39,167 nt of DNA from Candidatus Asbonarchaeaceae archaeon (GTDB lineage Archaea; Nanohalarchaeota; Nanosalinia; Nanosalinales; Nanohalalkaliarchaeaceae), in contig JAXIOB010000004.1 of the NCBI GenBank assembly GCA_034190585.1, forward strand, positions 1-39,167, in the 5' to 3' direction. Both the position numbers and the translations under genes were made by a program. The notes beneath the pieces were generated by a model that was not told the origin of the DNA, did no database searches, and saw only the letters and a program-made list of their open reading frames with translations. Positions 1 to 7,533 of this stretch are shown here, one piece after another (position 1 is the stretch's first letter; every line of letters starts with the position of its first letter).

Positions 1-561
1 AAGAGCGTCTCCCTCCTGCTCCGCGGCGGCACCGAGCACGTCGTGGACGAGGTCGAACGGGCGATGGAGGACGCCATCGGCGGCGTCGCCTCCGCCCTCC
101 GGACCGGTACAGTGGTCGGCGGCGGTGGCGCGACCGAGGTCGAACTCGCCCGGCAGCTCAAGGACCACGCGGAAAGCGTGGGCGGTCGGGAACAGCTCGC
201 CATCACTGCCTTCGCGGAGGCGCTGGAGACCGTGCCGCGGACGCTGGCCGAGAACGCCGGTCTCGACCCGATCGACGTCCTCGTGGACCTCCGGTCGAAG
301 CACGAGTCCGGCGAGCAGTGGGCCGGCATCGACGTGTCCTCGGGCGAGTCCGAGGACCTGTTCCGGCAGGACGTGCTGGAGCCGAGCCAGATCAAGACGC
401 AGGCCATCCAGTCCGCCTCGGAAGCTGCGGAGCTCATCCTCCGGATCGACGACGTCATCTCCGCCTCCGGCGACTCCGGCGGCGGCGAGCCCGAGATGCC
501 GGGCGGCGGCGGAGCCCCTGGCGGCATGGGCGGAATGGGGGGCATGGGAGGAATGATGTGA
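1..561 (+). CDS. Thermosome (group II chaperonin) subunit, C-terminal fragment; the 5' end lies outside the window
   Basis: Frame 1 is open from nt 1 ([25 protein letters not shown]...), so the GTG at 43 in the ORF track is internal. It has the conserved equatorial-domain C-terminus ([41 protein letters not shown]). It ends in the typical [13 protein letters not shown] tail. Confidence 0.9.
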   Translation, partial: KSVSLLLRGGTEHVVDEVERAMEDAIGGVASALRTGTVVGGGGATEVELARQLKDHAESVGGREQLAITAFAEALETVPRTLAENAGLDPIDVLVDLRSKHESGEQWAGIDVSSGESEDLFRQDVLEPSQIKTQAIQSASEAAELILRIDDVISASGDSGGGEPEMPGGGGAPGGMGGMGGMGGMM

Positions 562-612
562 CTGCGGCGGGCAGTCCATCGTTTGGGAGGCTGTGACCGC
601 AGCTTCCCCCCT

Positions 613-641
613 CATTTTCTCTTCTTTTCTTCGGTTTCTCC
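613..641 (+). terminator. Pyrimidine/T-rich tract downstream of the thermosome gene; possible archaeal oligo-T terminator
   Basis: cattttctcttcttttcttcggtttctcc contains several T3-T4 runs about 50 nt after the stop codon. No strong hairpin is present. Confidence 0.25.
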
Positions 642-660
642 ACAGCTTTGCCCTAAGGTA

Positions 661-666
661 TTTATA
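661..666 (+). promoter_or_regulatory. TATA-like box upstream of the pilus operon
   Basis: TTTATA lies in an otherwise GC-rich region, about 20 nt upstream of ATG 684 and about 38 nt upstream of ATG 702. Confidence 0.3.
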
Positions 667-683
667 CCGTCCCCGGAAAATGC

Positions 684-1304
684 ATGGCACGAGGGTCTAA
701 GATGGCTGACGACGAGGTTGAACTGGCCGGTGCCGACGACGAGTACGAGGTCGTCCCGATGGGGCCGATCCGCCGCCTGGAGCGGCGGCTGGACGAGATG
801 GAAGAACAGTCGGAGCTGTCCCAGAGCGAGTCGCTTGTCCGCGATATGATGGACATGATGCAGCAGAACCAGCAGATGGTCAACAGCATGGTCGAGTCCA
901 CGAACGACCTGAAGAACTCCGTTGAGGAGCTTACCCATAAGATGGACAGCGTTGTCGACAATATGAACGATTTCATGGAGCTGCTGGAGGAGGCGAGCGA
1001 GGCCTCGCTCGAGGAGGACGTGTCCCACGAGATCGGGGAGAGCCTGGTCGACCCGATTGCAGAACGGATGGACCAGCTGAACGAGACCAACCAGCGGATG
1101 CTGGAAGGGCTCAGCAGCCTGAGCGAGGGTGTCGACCAGCTGGACGAACGGATGAAGCGGTTATACGCATCGCAGAAGGACGAGGTATTCGAGAAGCCGT
1201 CCGAGACCCGGCGTTCCGGCGGCAGCCAGCAGGGCGGTGAAACGCAGCGCCGGCAGGCCCGCCGCCGTCAGGACCGCAGCGGCCAGCGTGACGGCGGAAG
1301 CTGA
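684..1304 (+). CDS. Acidic coiled-coil protein with an Arg-rich C-terminal tail; first gene of the pilus operon, function unknown
   Basis: Long ORF with halophile-type coding bias. It has a heptad-like E/Q/M/L-rich core (ELSQSESLVRDMMDMMQQNQQMVNSMVESTNDLKNSVEEL...). The tail reads RRSGGSQQGGETQRRQARRRQDRSGQRDGGS. An alternative start is ATG 702 (MADDEV). Confidence 0.6.
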   Translation: MARGSKMADDEVELAGADDEYEVVPMGPIRRLERRLDEMEEQSELSQSESLVRDMMDMMQQNQQMVNSMVESTNDLKNSVEELTHKMDSVVDNMNDFMELLEEASEASLEEDVSHEIGESLVDPIAERMDQLNETNQRMLEGLSSLSEGVDQLDERMKRLYASQKDEVFEKPSETRRSGGSQQGGETQRRQARRRQDRSGQRDGGS

Positions 1305-1327
1305 GCGAGGACCCGCCGGTATATACG

Positions 1328-1804
1328 ATGATGTCTCGGAAGGGCGTTACACCTGTTGTCGCTATCGTACTGCTTCTGATGATGACCGTCGCGGCAGCTG
1401 GTGCGGCCTACAGCTGGTTCTCCAACATGCAGACCCAGTTCCAGGAACGTGCCGCCGGCCAGATACAGACCGAGCTATCGGTCCGGGACCTGGACTGCAG
1501 TGCCAAAGATGAAACGGTGCAGATAGCGCTCAGCAATTCAGGCTCGACAGACATCGAACTGGGCGATGTGGACGTGTTCATACGTGGCTCCGGCGGCCAC
1601 CTCAACGCCACGTTCACCGGGGAGGACTGGACCGGTGAAGGGTTCGGGGAGCCCGGCGGGTTCGGCAGCGTCACACTGGACATGGCGAATGTGGACAGCG
1701 GGTCCGACTTCCTGGACGCCGGAAGCTTCTACAAGATCGAGATCTACTTCGTCGACACAGACTATACGCTCGCCGCCGGCGGCTGCCTCGCCGAATCCGG
1801 ATAG
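1328..1804 (+). CDS. Archaeal type IV pilin-like protein with a class III signal peptide
   Basis: The N-terminus MMSRKG|VTPVVAIVLLLMMTVAAAGAAY matches the archaeal pilin/archaellin N-terminal pattern: a short basic leader, Gly, then about 20 hydrophobic residues. The size (158 aa) fits a candidate major pilin. Confidence 0.8.
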   Translation: MMSRKGVTPVVAIVLLLMMTVAAAGAAYSWFSNMQTQFQERAAGQIQTELSVRDLDCSAKDETVQIALSNSGSTDIELGDVDVFIRGSGGHLNATFTGEDWTGEGFGEPGGFGSVTLDMANVDSGSDFLDAGSFYKIEIYFVDTDYTLAAGGCLAESG

Positions 1805-1841
1805 GTAACCTTTTTATTCCAGTCAAGAGAACCTGTTTCGT

Positions 1842-2498
1842 ATGGATTTTGGCAGAACAGGCCAGACCCAGGTACTTACTGCGGTGCTTCTCGGCGGCAT
1901 CCTGATCGCCGGTGTCTCCGCCGCCTACGTCTGGGGGCTTCCCATCCTCCAGAAGAACCAGGACGTGAACAACGCGGAGCAGTCCCTGTCCGATATGAAG
2001 GAACTGTCACGGGCTATCAGCTCCGTCGCCTCGTCAGGCGGGTCGCGGTCTATCACGGTCAACCTTGCCGACGGCTCCCTCACCATCGATGCAGACGAGG
2101 ATATCATCACCTACAGGGCGTTGACGACCGGTGCATATGTTTCAACCCGGATGTGGCTGCCGCTGAACGAGAACGATATGCAGGGGGTGAACCGGTCAAC
2201 CGGCCAGCCGATGGACGGGTACGGCATCCGCGGTGTTGATGAACCTGTCCTGCTTGTCGGGAAAGCGAAACGGGTTTCTGACGGATTCCTCACCCGGTAC
2301 AGGATAATCCCGCGGCGGATGCTGGAGACGGGAACAGGACAGACCTTCCAGATAAACCTTGTGCAGGACGGCAACCTCCAGGCGTCGAACGGTCAGCACA
2401 CCGTCGTACTCCGGAGCGGACAGCAGGAGACAGAGACCGGTGCCGGTATCGATGGCGGCACGCTGCGACGCCAGTCAGTGCTGATACGGATTTCATAG
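1842..2498 (+). CDS. Pilin-like / pilus accessory protein with a class III-signal-like N-terminus
   Basis: The N-terminus is MDFGRTG|QTQVLTAVLLGGILIAGVSAAYV, followed by a soluble domain. It sits inside the operon. Confidence 0.6.
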   Translation: MDFGRTGQTQVLTAVLLGGILIAGVSAAYVWGLPILQKNQDVNNAEQSLSDMKELSRAISSVASSGGSRSITVNLADGSLTIDADEDIITYRALTTGAYVSTRMWLPLNENDMQGVNRSTGQPMDGYGIRGVDEPVLLVGKAKRVSDGFLTRYRIIPRRMLETGTGQTFQINLVQDGNLQASNGQHTVVLRSGQQETETGAGIDGGTLRRQSVLIRIS

Positions 2499-2503
2499 GT
2501 GGG

Positions 2504-2923
2504 ATGGTGCGACGCGGCCAATACACGATAATAGAACAGGTGGTCCTGTTCACCCTGGGGATTTCCATCACCCTCGGGTTCCTGTTCGCGTTCAACAGCC
2601 TGACAGAACAGGTGGAAACAGATATGAAGGATGTCCAGTCCGACCTCGTCGCCGAATACGTAGCGTCCAGCGGCATCGAACTGGTCGAGTCCGGCGCCGA
2701 GGGCCGTGTCCAGGTGCCGGTGCCCGAGGAGATCGCTTCCGAACAGTACGCGGTCCGGATGGGCGACGGCGGGGTCCAGGTCCAGGTCGCCGGCGACCAG
2801 GCGGTCGCATCCATGTACGGCCTGGGCTCCACACTGTCGGTCAGCGGGGTCGCCGAGAGCGGGCCGGGCGCGGTCACCATCACCTTCCAGAACGGCGAGC
2901 TGGAGCTTCGAGGTGCAGAATGA
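2504..2923 (+). CDS. Small pilin-like protein with a class III-signal-like N-terminus
   Basis: The N-terminus is MVRRG|QYTIIEQVVLFTLGISITLGFLFAF. Its stop overlaps the ATPase start in an ATGA arrangement at 2920-2923. Confidence 0.65.
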   Translation: MVRRGQYTIIEQVVLFTLGISITLGFLFAFNSLTEQVETDMKDVQSDLVAEYVASSGIELVESGAEGRVQVPVPEEIASEQYAVRMGDGGVQVQVAGDQAVASMYGLGSTLSVSGVAESGPGAVTITFQNGELELRGAE

Positions 2924-4890
2924 TGACAATCAGTATGGACAAACTTATCAAGCGGTTGCAGAAGGCGAGCGACGAGTCGTCATCCCGGCGGCGTGGCAGC
3001 GGCGGGGCGAACGTCCAGATCGGTGGGACCGGTGGAGCCGCTGCAGGAGAGGGTGAAGGCGGTGAGGGCGCCGGCACTGGTGGTAGCAGCCGCGGCGGTG
3101 GTCGTGGCGGAGGTGGTGGCGGAACAGGAAGTGTCTCAATGCCGCAGCAGTCCGGCGGTGGCGGGAGTGAGGAGACGGACGAGGAGAGGGGGAGGCAGGT
3201 TGCGGAGGATATGCAGGCGGTCGAACGGCCCGGTGTGACCATCGTCGCCGGCGACCAGTTACAGCAGGCAGAAGAGCAGGAGGAACATGAACGGGTCGGT
3301 CTTTCCCCCGAACCGTTCGAGGAAGGGGGAGAAGCACAGTACCCGTGGGAGGAAGAATCCGAAGAAGAAACAGAGGACGTCGAGGAAGAAGCAATCGACA
3401 TCCGCTACCCGCTCATCCCGTCGGAACCTGACGAGGGGGAGGACGTCTACGCGTGGGCGCATATCTACTACGACGACGAGAAAGAAAAGATAATCTACAA
3501 GCTGAACGAACCCGGCCTCTCGGACCGGAACGCCGAGATACTGCGGTCTATCGAGGACCGGCTGAAGGAGAAGGTTGATGTCGACTTCGGGGAGATGAAA
3601 CGCGGTGAGGCGCGGGACTACCTCCGGCAGAAGATCGATGAGGTCCTGGAGAGCCGCCAGTTCAACCTCGACAGCGAGACCCGTGGCATCATCCAGTACT
3701 ACGCGTACCGGAACTTCATCGGGCTCGGCAAGATCGAGCCGTTGATGAACGACAAGTACATCGAAGATATCTCCTGCGACGGGGTTGACATCCCGGTGTA
3801 CGTCTACCACAGGAACCCGGATATCTCCTCTGTCGAGACCAATATCGTGTTCGAGGACGGCGATAACCTGGACGCGTTTGTCCGGAAACTGGCGCAGCGG
3901 TGCGGCCGCAGCGTGTCGATGGCCGAGCCGCTTGTCGACGGGTCGCTGCCGGACGGGTCACGTGTCCAGGCCACGCTCGCCACCGATATCGCACGCAGAG
4001 GCTCCAACTTCACCATCCGCCGGTTCACCGAGGAACCGTTGACACCGATCGACATCATGGACTTCGGGACAGTCAACGCCCAGATCCTCGCCTATCTGTG
4101 GCTTGCCATCGAGAACGGCCGGTCCATCCTTATCGCAGGGCCGACCGCGTCCGGTAAGACCACGTTGCTGAATGCGCTGTCACTGTTCATCCCGCCCGAC
4201 CTCAAGATCGTGTCCATCGAGGACACACCGGAGCTGCGGCTGCCACACCCGAACTGGGTGCCGGAAGTTGCGCGCAGCGGGTTCGGGTTCCAGGAGGCCG
4301 AGGGCGGCGCGGTGACGCTTGACGACCTTCTCGAGGAGTCGCTGCGGCAGCGGCCGGACTACATCATCGTCGGCGAGGTCCGTGGTGAAGAGGCGTACAT
4401 CCTCTTCCAGCAGATCGCCACCGGCCACCCTGGCATGTCGACTGTCCACGCCTCCTCGCTTGACAAGGTGATGGACCGGTTGACCACGAAACCGATCGAC
4501 CTCCCGCCGTCACTGATCGAGAACCTGGACATCATCGTGTTCATCAAGCGGATCCGGCGGCAGGGGACGTACGTGCGGCGGATCGACGCCGTCTATGAGC
4601 TGGAGGACTTCGATCCGAACGCAGAGAAGCCGGTGGTGAACAAGCTGTTCGAGTGGGATGCCGCCGCCGACCGGTTCAACAACATCTCCGACAGCTCGCT
4701 GCTCGTCGATATCGCAGAGAACCGGGGGGTGCCGGCTCGGAAGCTGCAGAACGAGGTTGTCCGGCGGCAGGAGATCGTGGAGTGGATGGCCGAGCAGGGG
4801 ATCGACCACTACGAAAAGGTGGGAAGGATCGCCGGCGACTACTACCGCGACCCTGAAACAGTTCTCGACAGGATCGGAACGGAGGACTGA
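2920..4890 (+). CDS. Type II/IV secretion-family (PilB/FlaI/TadA/VirB11-like) filament assembly ATPase with a ~170-aa low-complexity N-terminal extension
   Basis: Walker A is LIAGPTASGKTTLLNAL. The Asp box/Walker B is LRQRPDYIIVGEVRGEEA. The His box is ATGHPGMSTVHA. The N-terminal 170 aa are Gly- and Glu-rich (GGTGGAAAGEGEGGEGAGTGGSSRGGGRGGGGGGTG ... EEESEEETEDVEEE). Confidence 0.92.
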   Translation: MMTISMDKLIKRLQKASDESSSRRRGSGGANVQIGGTGGAAAGEGEGGEGAGTGGSSRGGGRGGGGGGTGSVSMPQQSGGGGSEETDEERGRQVAEDMQAVERPGVTIVAGDQLQQAEEQEEHERVGLSPEPFEEGGEAQYPWEEESEEETEDVEEEAIDIRYPLIPSEPDEGEDVYAWAHIYYDDEKEKIIYKLNEPGLSDRNAEILRSIEDRLKEKVDVDFGEMKRGEARDYLRQKIDEVLESRQFNLDSETRGIIQYYAYRNFIGLGKIEPLMNDKYIEDISCDGVDIPVYVYHRNPDISSVETNIVFEDGDNLDAFVRKLAQRCGRSVSMAEPLVDGSLPDGSRVQATLATDIARRGSNFTIRRFTEEPLTPIDIMDFGTVNAQILAYLWLAIENGRSILIAGPTASGKTTLLNALSLFIPPDLKIVSIEDTPELRLPHPNWVPEVARSGFGFQEAEGGAVTLDDLLEESLRQRPDYIIVGEVRGEEAYILFQQIATGHPGMSTVHASSLDKVMDRLTTKPIDLPPSLIENLDIIVFIKRIRRQGTYVRRIDAVYELEDFDPNAEKPVVNKLFEWDAAADRFNNISDSSLLVDIAENRGVPARKLQNEVVRRQEIVEWMAEQGIDHYEKVGRIAGDYYRDPETVLDRIGTED

Positions 4891-4895
4891 CCAGG

Positions 4896-5780
4896 ATGGA
4901 CGCCCGTCAATCATACATCCGGACGTCACAGCGGCTGGCAGGCGATTTTGCGGACAGGTTGCAGCCGTTGCTGTCGGACCTGGGAAACGACCTCGTGCTT
5001 GCGGACATGGGCCTGACACTGAACGAATACCTCAGCGTGGCCCTGTTCAGCGGCGCAATCGTGTTCGCCGCCACGACCCCGCTTATCAGCATGTTCCTCG
5101 GGCTGATGACCGGGACGCTGGTCGGAGTCCTGTCCGGCCTTATCATGGGCCTGTTCGTCGGCGTGTTCCTGGCGGTAGCGGTATTCATGGGGTTCTACCT
5201 GTACCCGTCCCTGATGGTAGGGGAGCGCCGGTCGAACCTTGACAACAACCTCCCGTTCGCCACCATGTACCTCGCCACCATCGCCGGGACAGGGACGCCG
5301 CCGGCAGCTATCTTCGACCTCCTCGGAGATTTCGACGAGTACGGCGAGGTATCCGAGGAGGCATCGCATATATCCCGTGACATATACACGTTCGGCGCCG
5401 GTACGACGGAGGCGCTGCGGTCCGCCGCCCAGCGAACCCCGTCAGACAAGTTCAAGGAGCTCCTGTGGGGTATCAACTCCATCATCACCACCGGCGGCGA
5501 TCTCCGCGCCTATCTCCACGAGAAATCCGAGGCCTTCATGACTGACTACCGCCGGAGTCTGGACGAGTTCACCGACACACTCTCCCTCCTCGTGGAGATG
5601 TACATCACCCTTGTCATCGTCGGCTCTGTGTTCCTCATCACTATCTCCACCATCATGAGCACGCTGGGCGGCAACTCCTCCCTGATCGTGTCGATACAGA
5701 TATTCACCGTTATCATACTGCTGCCGCTGTCCGCCGTCATGTTTATCGTCATCGTCAAAGGGGTGTCACCGCTGGAATAA
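4896..5780 (+). CDS. Type IV filament platform protein, half-size (single T2SSF/TadB-TadC/FlaJ-like domain), part 1
   Basis: A polytopic membrane protein of 294 aa. It has a cytoplasmic T2SSF-like segment (NLPFATMYLATIAGTGTPPAAIFDLL ... GAGTTEALRSAAQRTPSDKFKELLWGINSIITTGGDLRAYL). Confidence 0.85.
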   Translation: MDARQSYIRTSQRLAGDFADRLQPLLSDLGNDLVLADMGLTLNEYLSVALFSGAIVFAATTPLISMFLGLMTGTLVGVLSGLIMGLFVGVFLAVAVFMGFYLYPSLMVGERRSNLDNNLPFATMYLATIAGTGTPPAAIFDLLGDFDEYGEVSEEASHISRDIYTFGAGTTEALRSAAQRTPSDKFKELLWGINSIITTGGDLRAYLHEKSEAFMTDYRRSLDEFTDTLSLLVEMYITLVIVGSVFLITISTIMSTLGGNSSLIVSIQIFTVIILLPLSAVMFIVIVKGVSPLE

Positions 5781-6733
5781 TGGACCTGCATATAGACCTC
5801 CGGTCCTACATCGACGACCTGTCCTTTAAGCAGAAGATAGAGCTGCTTTCATTCGGTGTCGGCGGGTTCATCCTTATCGTCGCAGTGATTCTGTACGTCC
5901 GTGGTATCCGCACCGTCGGCGGCTCACTGTTCGTTGCCGGCCTCATCACATCGTTCCTCCCGTACGGCCTGTACAGCTATTTCCGTGAAAAGAAGTACCG
6001 GGGGATGGAGGAGGATTTCCCGCTGTTCCTGCGGAACGTGTCCGAGGCGATCAAGGGCGGGATGTCGATGCCGCAGGCATTCCAGCACGCGGCAAAGACC
6101 AACTACGGGAAGCTCGATCCCGAGGTGCAGCGTGCCGCGCACCAGCTCTCCTGGGGTATCCCGTTCCCCGAGGTCATGGACAGGACGTCCACCCGCATCC
6201 GCGGCAGTGGACTTATCCGCCGTTCCATCGCCATCATCCTCCAGTCCTACGAATCCGGCGGCAATATCGCCGAGACGCTGGACGCGATCGCGGCGAACGC
6301 GTCTCGCATCAAGGAGGCGGAGAAGGAACGCGAAGCGGTGCTGAAACAGCAGGTGTACATCATCTATGCCATCCACTTCCTGTTCCTCGGTATCATCATC
6401 GCGCTGTACATGCTCCTGTCCAACTTCATCCTCGAACTCGGCGGTGGCGGTGGCGGGTTCCTCGGCGGTGTCCCGAACTTCTGCAGTCCAACCAACCCGA
6501 CCATCGCCCAGCCGATGTGTTCGCTGTGCCCTGCCTTCGGCATGGGCAAGGCAACGGCAAGCATCTGCTACTACAAGTCGCTGTTCCTCCTGATGCTGGT
6601 CGTCGAAGGCGTGTTCAACGGCCTGGTAATCGGCGAGATAACGCGCAGCAAAGTGTCCGCAGGGATCAAACACTCCGTCATCATGGGCACCCTCGGGTTC
6701 ATCATCTATCTTGTCGCGATCACGGTAATATGA
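5780..6733 (+). CDS. Type IV filament platform protein, half-size (single T2SSF-like domain), part 2
   Basis: The start overlaps the previous stop by 1 nt (TAATG). The T2SSF-like segment is DFPLFLRNVSEAIKGGMSMPQAFQHAA ... LIRRSIAIILQSYESGGNIAETLDAIA. It also has an unusual GGGGGGF / Cys-containing loop (NFCSPTNPTIAQPMCSLCPAFGMGKATASICYY). Confidence 0.85.
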   Translation: MDLHIDLRSYIDDLSFKQKIELLSFGVGGFILIVAVILYVRGIRTVGGSLFVAGLITSFLPYGLYSYFREKKYRGMEEDFPLFLRNVSEAIKGGMSMPQAFQHAAKTNYGKLDPEVQRAAHQLSWGIPFPEVMDRTSTRIRGSGLIRRSIAIILQSYESGGNIAETLDAIAANASRIKEAEKEREAVLKQQVYIIYAIHFLFLGIIIALYMLLSNFILELGGGGGGFLGGVPNFCSPTNPTIAQPMCSLCPAFGMGKATASICYYKSLFLLMLVVEGVFNGLVIGEITRSKVSAGIKHSVIMGTLGFIIYLVAITVI

Positions 6734-7533
6734 CCGGACAGATCAGCATCGACTACCTCGCGGGTGCACTTATCTTCTTCGGATCCCTTGTATTCCTTAT
6801 ATCCAACGTTATGACGGCGCTGCCCGCGTTCACACAGGCACAGCAGACAGACGAACTGACCCTGGCGACGTGGTCCATCAGCGAGGTCGTGATGGAGGAC
6901 AAAGGGCGGTGGAGCAGTACCAGCGACGGCGGGACTGACTGGCAGAATCATCTCGGGAAGATAGATATCATCGGGCTGCAGGGAGAGGACGGCCTGTCAC
7001 GCGAGAAAGTGTCGGCGCTTACCAGTCTCAACCAGTCCTGGCTGCGGGAAGCGCTACGGACAGGGAAGAAGGTGAACATCGCTGCGGAGACCGTTATCGA
7101 TGTCGATACCAGTAACACCTTCCAGCAGGGAGCGTCCCCGGACTTTATCACCGAACCCGCCTATCCGGGGTTCGTTGACGGTGAGGTCCACTACGGTGCG
7201 AAAGTGCTTGACGACAGCAACCGGTACTTCCTGCTGACGAAGAACAAACATCTCGGCTGGTACAACCGGTTACGGGTCAGCGACGACGCCGACTTCACAG
7301 GGAGCGAGGTCCACAACCTGACACAGACGGTGTTCCTCCCGGTCAGCGAGAACACGTATACCGCGGACGCGGGGAACACCGAAATCAGCGGGGGCAACCT
7401 GCTGATCCTCCGCCGGTCGCTCGGCAGGGCCGGGAACGTCCCGCAGGGCTCGGCCACGGACATCGTCTCGGTGGACCGGTACGGTGTGATGGACGGCAAC
7501 GTCGTGGAGGTGACGTTCCGCGTATGGAACTGA
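6730..7533 (+). CDS. Pilin-like secreted protein with a class III-signal-like N-terminus
   Basis: I chose ATG 6730 because it forms an ATGA overlap with the stop at 6731-6733. The track ORF from 6517 overlaps the upstream gene. The N-terminus is MTG|QISIDYLAGALIFFGSLVFLISNV. Confidence 0.6.
   Translation: MTGQISIDYLAGALIFFGSLVFLISNVMTALPAFTQAQQTDELTLATWSISEVVMEDKGRWSSTSDGGTDWQNHLGKIDIIGLQGEDGLSREKVSALTSLNQSWLREALRTGKKVNIAAETVIDVDTSNTFQQGASPDFITEPAYPGFVDGEVHYGAKVLDDSNRYFLLTKNKHLGWYNRLRVSDDADFTGSEVHNLTQTVFLPVSENTYTADAGNTEISGGNLLILRRSLGRAGNVPQGSATDIVSVDRYGVMDGNVVEVTFRVWN

Noticed and set aside
2990-3170. GGN-rich DNA that looks like a tandem repeat or G-quadruplex-forming tract
   Set aside because: It lies in frame within the ATPase ORF and encodes the Gly-rich low-complexity region. 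I could not define a regular DNA repeat unit.
6517-6729. The long 5' extension of ORF 6517-7533 given in the ORF track
   Set aside because: It overlaps the well-supported platform gene 5780-6733 in another frame, and its translation is Arg/His-rich. ATG 6730 gives an ATGA coupling and a prepilin-like N-terminus.
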